Positions 38,891 through 51,856 of a stretch of DNA of 64,000 nt are shown piece after piece. The stretch comes from Vicugna vicugna. Its lineage: Eukaryota. Every line of letters starts with the position of its first letter. Position 1 is the stretch's first letter. The stretch covers positions 126,591 to 190,590 of the forward strand of contig MU058039.1 in NCBI GenBank assembly GCA_013265495.1, read 5' to 3'. The notes below the pieces were generated by a model. The model had not been told where the DNA came from, ran no database searches, and saw nothing but the letters and a program-made list of their open reading frames with translations. A program made the position numbers and the translations under genes.

Positions 38891-41197
38891 AGAATTGGGT
38901 GAATTGGATTTGGCTCAGAGGCTATTGTTTGTTGAACCCTAGTTTAACTTAAAATACTCTATTTCAGTATTTCAAAGTTAATAATTTATATTCTGGGATA
39001 ATTTTTGTCTTCCAATTTCCACATGATAGCCATAGTAATAATTTTCACATTGATTGCTTTTATAAAGGAAATTTTCACCAATTTCAGTATTAAGGTATGG
39101 AGAAATCATTCTGGCTTACACATGATTTTGGTTGAACTTTATGCTAACTAGAACAGCCTGCCTTACAGTCTGTCAAATATGCATTTTGCACATCTGCTTT
39201 AACCATTAAAGAAATGAATGCATTTACCAGACCGCTTAGAGTGTCTACTTTGAAAACACGGATAACGGCCTCCCCCATGATACTACTGCTAGTACTCCTT
39301 TGAAGATAAGTCTCCCTTCCCAGACACTAAGGTCATGCTGACGCACTATGTAGGTGCTAATCTGTCTCTTGAAACCTTAAAGGTATATACCTTTGTCGTG
39401 CTTGCTGTTTATTCTTTGTTCTGACAAGATTTAGAAGCTTTAAGTTTAATAGTCCTATCTCCCCAGAGGCCTCAGATGCCACTTTTGCTTCCCGAGCCCC
39501 TGGGCCACCCACCCTCCAGGAATCGGACCAATGAGCCTGGAGCCCAGCAGCCCACATGACCGGCTCGAGCTTGGGCCTCGCCTACAGGGAGCTGGCACCC
39601 GGAAAGGGGTTCCCCAACCAGCCTTTATGCTGCAGGGGCACTCCGCGGGATTTCAAACTCTCGCGGTGCCAGAGGCCCCTTTCTTCCGACTCCAGTACGG
39701 AAGTTAGGGCAGTCGGCCCCGTGGCGTCTCTCGAGGCTTGTTTCTTGGATCGGCTGAGGTCTGGGAAGCGCCAGCGTCTTCTCTCGCCGCATTTTGCGGC
39801 CGCGGACAGGCCCCTCTTCAGTTTGTGAAGCGGCCCTTTCTCCCAGCGCCTTTCCTTTCTCTTCAGTTCCTCCCATCTGCAGTTTGGAGATCTGTGCTCA
39901 TGTCCAGGTAAAGCACTCAGGAAAATGTGAAAATGGCTGTGGGGCCCAGGAAAATTAGAATACACCTGAGTGTTTACTGATACTTCATCGTCTCTGACAT
40001 TTGGTGCATCCATTCCCTTCTCTGGCCGCGAGACGGCCTTGTGGTCAGTTCTGGTCCTGACCCGCACTGGTCTTGGAGCTCGCCCCGCTCCATCCGTGTG
40101 GAGTTTCACCAAGTGGCTTTGAACAGCATAGATGGAGCATTTAAAGAAAAATATAGGAAGGTCAGTGCTTGAATACCCAGTAGTAGATGATGGCAGAGGA
40201 TGGCAGGGATATCAGGGAGCCCACGGGCTGGAGAGGTAGGGGAGGACTTCCAGAGGGACGGGCAGACAAGAAGGATTTGGTAGGCTGGAGAAGACATGCC
40301 ACTGGGAAAGAGGAGGGCAGGAAATGTGGTCATTCTCTGATGTGCCACACTGCCCTTGCCACAGTGTGGGAGAGTGTCATGGCCAACCTTATTTAAGGTT
40401 GTTGTGGGGTTTTTTTTAACATATCAGTTGAAGATACAGTAGCTGTACACATGTGGAACAGGGACGGGCTTTATTATGATGTTTGGGTGAGTTTTCAGCA
40501 TTAATAATAGGAAAATTTCACCTGAAAATCTGGATAATCTGCTTCTGTGTCAAAAAATCATTTTCCCTGTGCTTGGTCCACATTCTGGGTTGGCAGAATT
40601 TCCAGTTAGACGTGGCCTGTAAAGTCCACGTGTTACACTTCCTACCTTTTCCTTTGCTCCCCTGGACACTGTGGTGGGAACCACTGAACAGAGCACACCC
40701 TCCCTGCCTCACTCCTTAATTTCCCAGCGTAGCTGGGGAAGTTTTTTTGGATTCATCACCTCTTAGTCTAGGTGGGGACAGGTCAGGCAGAGTCTGAATG
40801 CCAGGCTGAAGAATAGGGACCCTACTTTGGAGCAAACTGTGTTTTGAAGGTGTTTGAGAAAGGGTTTGATATGCTTAAATCAGTGATTTGGGTGAAGATA
40901 ATAAAGAGGACTAAAGGACAAACTTTCTCATCCTGGGAATTTGTCCGTTTGATGAAATTAAATTAACATTTATTGAACAAATATATGGATAATACTTCTA
41001 GGCACTTCTATGTTGATTATCATTTAACATTTAACATTTATTGAACAAATATATGGATAATACTTCTAGGCACTTCTATGTTGATTATCTCCAGAAAGGA
41101 TGCAGTGTCTTTTTTATGTGGAGTGGTTTAGTAGTTCAGATCTCCCTCGATTATACTGTATTCAGATATTTTGAAGAGAAAGAGCCCTTCACTTGAT

Positions 41198-41303
41198 CTT
41201 TTTTTTTAACCCCCTTGATGGATGCACTGGGGATTGAATCCAGGACCTGGTGCACGCTGACCTTAGGGTCTACCACTGAGCTATACCCCCCAACCCCAAA
41301 GCG
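41198..41303 (-). mobile_element. tRNA-derived SINE (vic-1-like) with target-site duplication
   Basis: cttcacttgat at 41187-41197 and 41304-41314 flanking ctggggattgaatccagg...ctaccactgagcta. Confidence 0.88.
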
Positions 41304-41574
41304 CTTCACTTGATTTTAATCTGTTTTCTGTGGTGGAGATATACATGTTTCTGGATAGATTTAAAAGAATTGGTTTAGATGTCAGGTCAACACTAATAAT
41401 TCCGAGTTCCTCATTTATAAAATATTTCATTCTTTTAGAGAATGAGTTTCCTGATTGATTTCTAGGAATTACAAATCAGGATATTTGAATATTTGTTTCC
41501 TTTACCACTGAAATGTCAAAGATTAACTGATCCCAACATTAAAGAGCTGAGAACACATTTTAATTAGTAATATA

Positions 41575-41880
41575 CTATTGCAGGAGAGGAAAGAGTCCAG
41601 GGTGAACTGAACTCCACTTCAATTTGTGCAGTGGTGATAGGGCATTTTGAAGGGAGGTTGAGGGAGTAGGGTGGGGGGCTTCAGTAAGCGGGGGCTCAGT
41701 AGGATCAGGGAAGTGAAAATTTACAAAAAGAGGGCAGAGGGGTTGGGTTGGTCCATGTGAAACCCATTTGAGTTTGCAGTCTGAGCTTATGGAAGTTAGA
41801 CTCCTGCCCTCCCACAGAGACTGGGAGAGAGGGGCACTATCCTCAGGTGTTGGCTGGAACAAATAGTAAAATCTTTGTCA
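41575..41880 (-). mobile_element. ERV1-type LTR fragment
   Basis: Reverse strand starts TGACAAAGA, the same terminus as the LTR at 47487. Confidence 0.55.
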
Positions 41881-43179
41881 CATGGTGTTTAAATAGTTGC
41901 GGAAATGTTGTCCTATGATTAAAGTGACAATAATTATATTTATCTTAGACAGATTTTCTGTGATGTCTATAAGTGCTTAGCTTCTTGTCTGAGCTGTAAT
42001 AAATGTCCATTAATTGTCACCAAAAAAGATACTTGATGTTGATTGGAATGAACAATAGTTATAAGACATTTGTTAAATTTAAAATATTTATTAGCATAAT
42101 TACTTAAATATGTACTCATTTTAGGCAGGAAATCCTTTTTACTGAGACCCATTTCATATTAAATAGGCTAATTAAGGTGCTTAATCTGTTTTACTTAATA
42201 TGAAATAATTTCTTGCCAGATATTTTGTTTATGTTTTTGTTTTTACTGTGGAATATAGGAGCAGCCTCCTTTGTGCACAGGAATTTATGTCTGGAACAAA
42301 AGATGTAGGATTCAATAAGAATGACTACTTTATTCATGTACACTTATGTCACAGAAATGGTCTTTTTTTGTTCTTTTTAATTCTAGAAAACATATTAATA
42401 TTAACCAAGCAATCCACTAAAGTTCTTTAAGAAATTTGAAAATGCAGGCAAACATTAAAAAAAGAATCAGTTCTGCACCCAGCTTTCAGATACAGCTTTT
42501 AATATTTTCACATACATATTTGTACTTTTGTGTTTTTTCTTACATGGAAAAATCCTGCTCATAGTGTAACACATTTTTATACTTAAGAATTTGTTAGTGT
42601 TATCCTGTTTATTAAACACATTCTTTAAACTATGAAACTGTATTTTTATGGCAATCAGTGTTTAGTGGCCGTGGATACACGGCAGTGAAACCACTGTTAA
42701 AAGTCTCTGCCATCAGGGAACATGCACTCTGCTGCCTCACTTCCGATGGGACAGTACTGTCACCTCGCCTGTATAGTGACTGATTTCACCTGTCATCATC
42801 GGTAGACACTTAAATTATTTTCTGTATTTTGTGTTTGGAACCACGGCTCTGAACATCTTTTTAATGATATCCAGATGAGAGAGCGTATTTTCTTGATAGA
42901 CGTTTGTGTCCCCATCTCATTCTGACATTTCCTTGCTGTGTGATTATTTCACATGACTAACCTCCCAGTGCTTCCATTTTCTCATCTATAAGATAGCAGT
43001 AAGTGTTATCTGCCTTTAATATGTTCTTAACTTCTATATTCTAGTACTAGCAAAGACCTCTAAAGGGAACCTGGTCTATAGTAAGCTCTTAATTAACTAT
43101 TTGAGCGAGAAGTCATTGCCATCCTTTTATTCATTTGTTTTTTCCTACTGACATTACTGGTCATCACTGGGGCCAGATA

Positions 43180-44950
43180 CTTGTCTGGACTGGGTGCTAC
43201 ATTTGTTGTAGTCTGTATTTTAATAGAAAATACAGGTAACACAGAGAGAAATAAAATATATGTCACATGCTGATACAATCTCTGGGAAAAAAATTCAAGC
43301 AAGAGAAGGACATAAAATCTGATAGAGGAATGCAGTTTCAGTAAGGTTGCCAGTAAATACGACCTTTGTGGAAGACATGAAGGAGGGGAGGGAGAAAGAA
43401 AAGTTTTGTCGTTCTTTCTGGATGTCTAGGGAAGTATTATTCCAAGTAGAAAAAAGAGTGATTTCAAATGCTCTGAAAGGAAGCTTTGTCTGGCTGTTAC
43501 AAGACTCTCAAGGAGGGAGGAGGCTGCTGTGGCTCAAGTTGAATTTGCAAAGAAAGTAGGAGCTGAGGGCCTAGAGCTAATGTCAGGCCAAGTTTTGTAG
43601 AAGCTGGTAGACAGCTCCAGTGATGGTTATTTTTCTTCTCTAAGTGATTAGAGTGATTTGCCACTTGGAAACAGAAGAGTGCCATGATTGGCTTGTATTT
43701 AAAAAGTAGCACTGTTTTAAAGGCTTATCTGTTAAAAATAAGGATCTGTGGGGAAAGTTAAAGTATAAAATTAGGAGGTTATTGCAATAATCAAGTGATT
43801 ACTATTAGTAGAAGTGTCAGGACTCTGGATATATTTTCACGGTAGAGCCAAAGTTTTCCCTGAAAAATTAGATGTGGGCTATGAGAAAAAGGCAAATCTA
43901 GAGTGGATTCCAAAGATTGCAGCCTGAGCAAATGGGAGGTGGAGTTGTCATTTGCTTAGGTGAAGGGACATTTGGGAGTGGACATTTTGGGAGGAATAAG
44001 AGCAAGAATTTAGTTTTAGTTAGGTTGATTTTCACATGCCTGTTACCCGAGAAGAGAGTAGTTTAGTGCTGGTACTGACATAGTGTCACTCCCAGCGCAG
44101 CCTGGCGGTCAGAGCAGTCACAACTGAACAGGAGACAGACTCCATCAGTGGGAGGAGTGTTCAAATTTCCATGGCCATATTTCCTCCACCACAGCGAGTT
44201 GTTGGGGGTTTCAGGCAAGCTAAGAATATGTTAAATATTTGTCAGTGGGAGTAGGAAACTTACTGGACTATAAAATAGAGTGTGTTTTGGGGAAAGCACT
44301 GGGAGCCATCGCTTTCAGGTGAGAAAAGCCTGCTTGCTTGTTTTTCTTCAGTCATATGCAGTGTAGCAGCTGCAGGCATGAATCAGGAATCAGTAATCAA
44401 TAATCAAAATATCAAATAATTGAAAAATCAGTAATTTGCAATCAGAGATTGATATTTTTGCAAGATGAATGTGATGAAACGAGCATAATAAGGGGATTGA
44501 AGATGTGAGTAGGTAATTGAAATGATGGAACATGGACATTGAGATAGGTAAGGAGGGGAGTGAAAATTAGGGGTGTTTTAGGCAGTGAAAACATGGTTGG
44601 AGCAGTGAACTGAAAATCTCAGCGGGATGGTTGAAGTCGTTTCAGTTAAGGTTTTCGGGACTGAGAAAGAAAAAAAAATCAGTGTTGGATACTTAAAATT
44701 GAGATTATGGAAAATTGTTAATAATAACAAACAAATACAACAAATGATATAGGGTGAGTGGCTGAGGTAGTCAATAGGATGAGAATATAGGGGGATGAGA
44801 GGTTATGGAATTGATAGATCAAGTTAATAAAACATGTATCTAGTTATATCTTGAAATCTCCATGAATTAAGACAGGAGTTGGGTTGGAGTAAATGACAGT
44901 GAGCCAGGAGTTACTTTCCTTGAGGAATAATGGGATTTGACCCTGGAATT
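43180..44950. mobile_element. L2 fragments
   Basis: Purine-rich, recognised L2 motifs (ggactctggatatattttcacggtagagcc; gcctgagcaaatgggaggtggagttgtcattt). Confidence 0.65.
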
Positions 44951-45479
44951 TAGACTGGCTGAATGCCAGTCTGCACGATAGGCCACCCTCATCTCCCATG
45001 TGAAGGAATTTTAAAGCATTCAGGGTGTATAATATACACTTTTATTTTTTATTAAATCTTTAGTTTTGTTTGTCATTTGCTCTTTATTCATATGTATAAA
45101 ATATCTTTGTTCTTTAAAATATAGTAACCAATGTAGTTAAGGTAGAGTTTTAAAAACTAGGATTATTACAGACTTTTGTTGGAGCAGTTAATACCATGAA
45201 CACTACCATAGACAATGCTTAAATTAAGACTTTTTATTAATGCCCTTAATTAAAAGTTTTCTCTGTGATAACAGTGGTATGCACGATCATATTCATAAAG
45301 GTTTCTCATTTCAGGGGTTGGTGAATTTCAGTGATGTTTCCATTGACTTCTCTCAGGAGTGGTAATGTCTGGACCCTGCTCAGAGGGATTTGTACAAGGG
45401 TGTGATGTTGGAGACCTAGAGCAACCTGGCTTCAGTGGATAGGGATACTTTACTCTGAATTCAGAGAAGAACTACTGCC

Positions 45480-45860
45480 TTTTAATAAGAAATAACTAAA
45501 AAACCAGAACTCATAAATACAGAATACAGCTGGGTGGTTGCCAGAGGCAGGGTGTGGGGGTTGGGCAAAATGGGTGAAGGCAGTCAAAAGGTACACATTT
45601 CTGAAATAAAATGTCATGAGAATATAATATATAGCATGGTAGCTATAATTAATAATAGTGTATTGCATATTTAAAAATTGCTAAGAGAGTAGACCTTAAA
45701 AGTTCTCATAACAAGAAAAAAAATTGTTGTCTGTACGGTATTGGATGTTAGCTAGACTTATGGTAGTGATCATTTTGCAACATACACAAATATCAAATCA
45801 TTACATCGTATACCTGAAACTAATGCAATAAGTCAATTATACCTCAATTAAAAAAATAAT
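45480..45860 (+). mobile_element. L1MA-type 3' end
   Basis: ggtggttgccagaggc...gctaagagagtagaccttaaaagttctca...gtcaattatacctcaattaaaaaa. Confidence 0.85.
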
Positions 45861-46254
45861 GTACATAATAGTTTACAAAACAAATCACATACATGATTCT
45901 CACTTTGAAGTCATGAGGGCAATTTGTGGTTCACCATGAAATATTTATTTTGATAATAACATAACATTGGTAAATGTATATTTATTATAAAAATTACAAA
46001 ATAGGTAAAATCATGAGTGCATTGAAATAATTACATATTAAAGTAGATGTAAGCTATTTCAGAATTTGTATTGCTTTGTTATTAAGATACCATTACAAAA
46101 TATGAGCCCTTTTTGTCATCTAATAGGATTCCTTTGTAAGGAAGTAGAAATAGTATTGAGAAAATGGACTGGGAAGAAAAATAAACTTGGAAAATTATAT
46201 TAATTTATTTCCTAGCGATTAAAAAAGGCTCACGTGCTGATTATTTCCATGTCA

Positions 46255-46770
46255 TTGTTTCAGCTTCAAGCATGCCTTTCTCTATTCTGTGATGCTAGGA
46301 CTGGAACTCTGACAAAGACTTTTCCCTTGCTAGCTGGCTTCCTGTTATAGTTGGCCAATGGAGGCATTAAAGGGATTTGAGGAGGCAGAAAGGGAGAAGG
46401 AACTTGCTTCCTATTTTCCAGTTCTTTCAGTATCTCTCTGGCAGTATCTAGATACATCTAGCATATCTCTAGCAGTATTTCCTCACGTGCCTGCAGAGTC
46501 CTTCTGCTTTCCGAGCACCAAACTACCAAGCCTAGTTAACAGCCAGGCTGTGACGCCTCCTCAGAGCTTTCAGGTTCTAGTAAATCCATCTCTTCCCCTT
46601 TGCTTTCCATGCTCTAGGGTGTTGGCTGCTTCCTGAAGTTACAAATCTCTCCCCTTTTTGCTCTTTTAGTCCTTCAAAATTGTGTAATCCATTTCCTGTA
46701 ATTAAATCTTCAGCTTGAAATTCCCAGTGTAGTTCTGCTTTCTTGACTAGACCTTGATGGACAGAGTCTG
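46255..46770. mobile_element. ERVL LTR (LTR33-like)
   Basis: gctagctggcttcctgtta...gccaatggaggca; 3' motif gttctgctttcttgactagacc. Confidence 0.55.
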
Positions 46771-47486
46771 TGACAATTTGTTTTAGCCGTACAACCACTT
46801 ACTTAGTTGGCATACTTTGAAGACCATTGTCCTACTCTACTGGAGGTGACTAGACTCAAACCAGTGTTGGACTTGGTGGTATGAGACAAGAAAAATAAAG
46901 GACAAAAAGTCTTCTTATGATCAAATACTGATATATGAAGAGATAGTTATACACATACAGTTTCTCTGAAGGTATACCTTCCCAGTCAATTATGGAGTAT
47001 CTTAAATTTCTAGCACTTTATTATGAAACATCCAAGATGATCTCTAACCTGCGTGATAGTTAAGTCCAGGGAAGAGCTGTATGATGTATTTGTCAAGCAC
47101 CAAACCACAATTATCATCCAAAGAACACTTAACTGATACATTTCCCCATTAAAGCAACTCAACTATTAAATGTTTGTAGACCCTTGAGAAATAATTGCTT
47201 GCTTTCTTCTGAATGTAACAATGCCCAATTTCACAGAGGAAACCTCAAATCACTTCAGCCCTTGTAGCCAGACTCCCTTTGTCCAAGACTCTCTAGCCTT
47301 AGCTATCTGAGGGCTCTTTCTGGGGAGAGGACTGGAGGGATTACTCTCCAAGGATGGGTTCTTATTTCAGGAACTTCCTTTTGCTTCCACGTACCCCTCC
47401 TTACTGAGATCTTGACTTAGGTGCACCTTCCAGATCTTCCAAGGTCTGGGGGTAGCGAAGAATGTTGGCTTGTTTGGAACTTTCAC

Positions 47487-47963
47487 TGACAAAGACTCTC
47501 TCCTTGACCAAACTTTAGTCAAACTCCTCTGAACCCACTTCTCAACTAGGCTTCATCCTTGGGCTTCAGTGTTTGTCTTTGCATCACTCAGTTTTAGCAA
47601 GAATTCTGTCAGTCAGTTTAGCCAGAGTTCTTGATATATGATCACTTTCAATATCTAATTAAAGTCCTCATCCACCCGCATGATATCTGATCACTCTGGC
47701 CTGCCCTCAGCAAGAATCCTGTTGGTCAGTCTTGCAAGAATTTCTCCCTACCCTTGATGTCTCCTCTTTGTAGTTTTCCATTCACCAACCACCCTCCAGC
47801 CCCAACTTGTTCCTTGCCTGTAAATCCCCGTTTGTTCTTGTTATGTTTAGAATTGAGCCTAGTTCTACACTGAAGTCTATTTTCCCGTATTGTGATAGTT
47901 CAATTAAAAAAAAATTTTTTTTTAACCCCTTCAATTACTGTTCAGCTCTGGTTTACTTTAACA
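47487..47963 (+). mobile_element. ERV1 solo LTR (MER31-like)
   Basis: TGACAAAGACTCTCTCCTTGACCAAACTTTAGTC...TTTAACA; TG..CA ends; near-TSD tcac/tcaa. Confidence 0.7.
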
Positions 47964-48689
47964 TCAATCAGGGGTTCTTGTCCTCCTGACTGGACAGTTT
48001 TCTTAAAGCTGGGCCCTAATTAAAGTTACAAAGTGAAAAGTTGGAAACAGCAACAAAAGAAACCCCAGAACTATGGGCTATATTGTAAATGGCTTTGGTG
48101 CAAATGAGCATCTTCCTGCAACTGGAATCTAATTACCCTTCTTGCCCCTAATGTGAATTAGGGGCAAGTAGAGAAGGGATATAAAAATAAGGATAACACT
48201 GACCCCGCGCCTGGCTGGGGATCAGGGGTGGGGTTGGGGTGGGAGAACAGTTAGGCCTGGAGATGGGTACACACACAGACGCACAATGACTCTTCTCCTA
48301 CAGACTCAACCCCAAATAAAGCAAGCCCAGAAACGCCCGTTATGGGAAAACTGCGATGTCTGGGATAAGAACACAATTACAGAAACGTCATGCCCAAAGT
48401 CAGCCACAGTCCTTCTTGCACGCGCGCGCGCGCACACACACACACACAATCGCTCTCACATTCTCGGCGTGAAAGACCCACAGTGTGTAACACAACGACC
48501 CACAATCACGGGGCGTGATTTAAAATAGAGGCAAAAATTAAATAAAATACAGAGCCTCATGACATTGACAGAACCCGTTGCCCGGTGATGCGCAAGCACA
48601 AACGTGTGCAGCGACAGTTACACACAAATCGCCACACCTGAGCATTCAATACCAGCCACAGACGCGCGCATCTTCATTGTTCCCTCACA

Positions 48690-49150
48690 CCTAGCCGCGC
48701 AGGGTCACCTGAGTGGCCGAGATCGCCCAGGGTCTCACACATCTCCCCGGGTACCCGCTCCTGCGGCCGCGGCCGCCTCTGGCGCAGGCGCGAGGTCGAG
48801 GTGTGCCTCGGGGCCCTCTGGGAACTGTAGTTCATTCAAGGAAAGACGGCCGAGGCGCAAAGCGTTCTGGGGCTCGGGGTCCGCCGAGCTCGGCCAGCTG
48901 CTTGCATCTGGATGTTTCCCCAGCCGAGGGCGGGGTCCCGCGCGACTCAGTCCCCGCCCCGCGGGGGATTCTGGGAGGCGACGTCGTGGGTCTCGGGTCG
49001 TTGGGCGGGTTTCCAGAGCCTGCGGCGGCGCGGGGAGGTGAGCTGGGCCTGGCTGCGCGCGAGAGCCGGGGGTCAGGGCCGGGCTTGGGGTGAACCGGCG
49101 GGGACCGGGATGGGAACCAGACAGGCGCCGCCGGGGAGACTGTGTCACTG
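48690..49150 (+). promoter_or_regulatory. ZNF527: ZNF527 CpG-island promoter and non-coding exon 1 (candidate donor GAG|gtgagc after 49037)
   Basis: Dense CpG; ZNF143/THAP11 motif ACTACAGTTCCCA on the minus strand at 48819-48831; GC boxes. Confidence 0.8.
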
Positions 49151-51856
49151 CGTCTATCTATGTGAGAGGCTGCGGGTGTGACAGCGTGTGAGCTTCTGTG
49201 TCACCGTGTGTACGCGCGATTGTGACCGTCTGTCTCCGGTGTAAAACTCTTTTGAGTACATGTGTATTTGGGTGTGACTGTCTCCGCAGGTATAACTGTG
49301 TTATGGTGTGTGGGTTTGTGAGAGACTGCGGGTGTGACATTACCTGTGTGTGATTTTGTTTGACCACTTGTCTCTGGATATAACGGCGTTTGAATGTGTG
49401 TGACAGAAAGTGTGATTATGTGCCCATGACCATCTCTCCAGGTATCATTTTGTATGAGTAATCGTGACAGGATATGTGATCTTGTGTGGTATGTCACTGT
49501 GTATGAAATTGTGTGTGACTGTGTCTGTTAGAGTAATTGTGTATCGTCATCTCTACTTTTGTTTTAATGCCACTGTCTTTGTATGTGACATTACAGTTGC
49601 GATTGTGTGTCCATATATATGTGTGTGATTGGGTGTGAATTTGTATGCGTATGTGAGACCTAGTGTGTGGTTGTGAGGCACAGAAAGATCAACATTACTC
49701 ACCCACATTCACAGTTACTGAGTGACAGAACTGGGACTTAAGCCCAGGCTATTTGGCTCCAGAGATCCTTGCTTTTAATTACTAAACTCTCTTGATTTTT
49801 CCCACGTTGTGAGAGTGAAAAATGGGGGCCCTGGGTTCTAAGGGTATTGGAGAGGATTGTCCGTGGTCTTGGACTGGGAACCTTCTGGACATGGAATTTA
49901 ATCTGGGTCTCTTCCTTTGGTCCCCTTGTGAGTCACAGAACCCAGTCTAAACACCCTGTAGTGAGACCATCCTCATATTGGCCGCCTTGGGAGGAGGAAA
50001 GCCTAACCTGAAAGCCCAGTATTCCTCTCCTTAGGCCGCGGAGTTTGAGATTTTAGGTTTGTTTTTGTTAAAACTCTTCATGCTTGGTGCAGAGAGAGGC
50101 TGATCCATGCCAAGTGAGCTAAGTTTTTGGTTCTGACTTTTCCAGTTAATTTTAAAAAAAACTTCTTATTTTCTTTTCAAATGTTGTGTAGAATTAACTG
50201 GGAACAAGGGTGGCACTTCTCTGGGCCAAGAGTTGGCTCAAGCAATCCTGACAGTGAGGAAAGAAAGATTCTGACAGTTGGATTGATTTGCCCAAGGTCA
50301 TGTAGCCCATGAGGGAAGCATGGAGGGTCAGTGTGCATCTGGGGGAGGGAGGCAATATAAAGCCCAAGTCTTTTCCATCACCTTCCTTCAGAGATTGATG
50401 GTTCATCTCAAACTTGAAAATTATCACTCAAGTGATACACAGCTATTTTAAACAGAAATTTAAAAGATATTTCTGTTATGTAGAAGCTACTTGGGGTTCC
50501 CAGATGCTGAGAAGACTTCATTGATTCTCTTCTGGGGTTGCAAAGGCTTTTATGGACGGTTTCAAGCTGCGTTGCACTGACGAAATAATTTTCTTAGAGA
50601 TTAAGCTGGCTAGTGCAGAGTAGCCCAGAATTAGGGGGTTGTATATCTTAAATTCTAGATCAAATACAACTATCCTTCTTTTCAGAATGAAGAAATGTTG
50701 GCTGTAAGAAAGCAAGGAACTTATTTCAGGCTGTGCAGTTTATTGTTGGTTTGGTATTGAAATTTGGCAATGTTTGCCTCAGGCTGAATTTCTGTGGAGT
50801 AATAAAGGTGACACGTGCCACTTCCAAAGATGCTTCTCTAAAAAATACATAGCATTGAATCCTCAGGTTATGTTGACTATTGCCCATGTGGACATTGTGG
50901 TCTCTTAAAAAGAGGACAAGTTTTTGAGTCACACTGCAGTTTGACTCTTACGGCTTTGAGTTAGCTGATTAAGCTTTTTGAACCTCAGTTTCACTTGTTG
51001 GTAAATGTAGATAATAATACCTACCTTGGCAGTTTTGTGAAGATTAAGTAAGACAATGACATATACAACATGTGTAGCATTGCTGTTTATATGAGAGGAG
51101 CCACAGTGAGATTTATTTATTTGTTTATCAAATATGTTTTGAGCATCTGCAATGGTTCTGGCATTATTCTAGCACTAGAGATACACCAGTGAACCCAACA
51201 AGTCCTAGCTCTCTTAAATCTTATACTATTCTTTGGGAAGACAACAGTAAACAGAAAAGAGAAGTTACATCTCCAGTGGTGTTAAATGCTAAGAAGAGAA
51301 GTAAATCAAGATAAGGAAAAATAGTAACTGAAAGGGAGGTTCTCTTTAGACAGAATAGGGAGGTCGCTCCAGCAGTTGAGTACAGATAGGAATGAAGAGC
51401 AGGAATGTGCCGTGTGCAGGCAGAAGGCAAAGTCAAGGCAATGGTCTTCAAAAAGGAGTATGCGCAGTGTTTGAGGAACTGTACGGAGATCTGTGTGCCT
51501 GGAGTAGGGTGAGTAAGTGGGAGAGGAGTGGGAAATGAGGTCTAAGGGGCAGCTGGGGCTAGATCATACATTGTCTTGTCGGGCATAGGGTGGACTTTAG
51601 ATTTTGTTGAGTCAGGCTGTGTGTCCTTAAGATCAGTCAGGACTTCAGGGGTTAAGTTCAGCTTTGGCCTTTTTTCCTCAGATCTGGAAGTGGATATGGT
51701 TGGTCCGTGTAAGGAGACTTGGGACCATAACGGGGCAAAAAACTCTTGTCAGTCTCAGATCAGCACCATGGGGCTGGCCTGCCATTTTCCTCTTCTTTAA
51801 CTCTCCCTTCTCAGGACTCTGTTCTCCAGAAGAGAAAATTGAAGAAGGAAGGAAGA

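Larger units (their letters stand above)
39480..45438 (+). pseudogene. Unprocessed KRAB-ZNF pseudogene: CpG promoter, ATG exon (39933-39965) and dead KRAB-A exon (45315-45438)
   Basis: MAVGPRKIRIH followed by ctgagt instead of gtgagt; KRAB-A reads [39 protein letters not shown] with donor changed to at; linking the two parts into one gene is inference. Confidence 0.75.
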
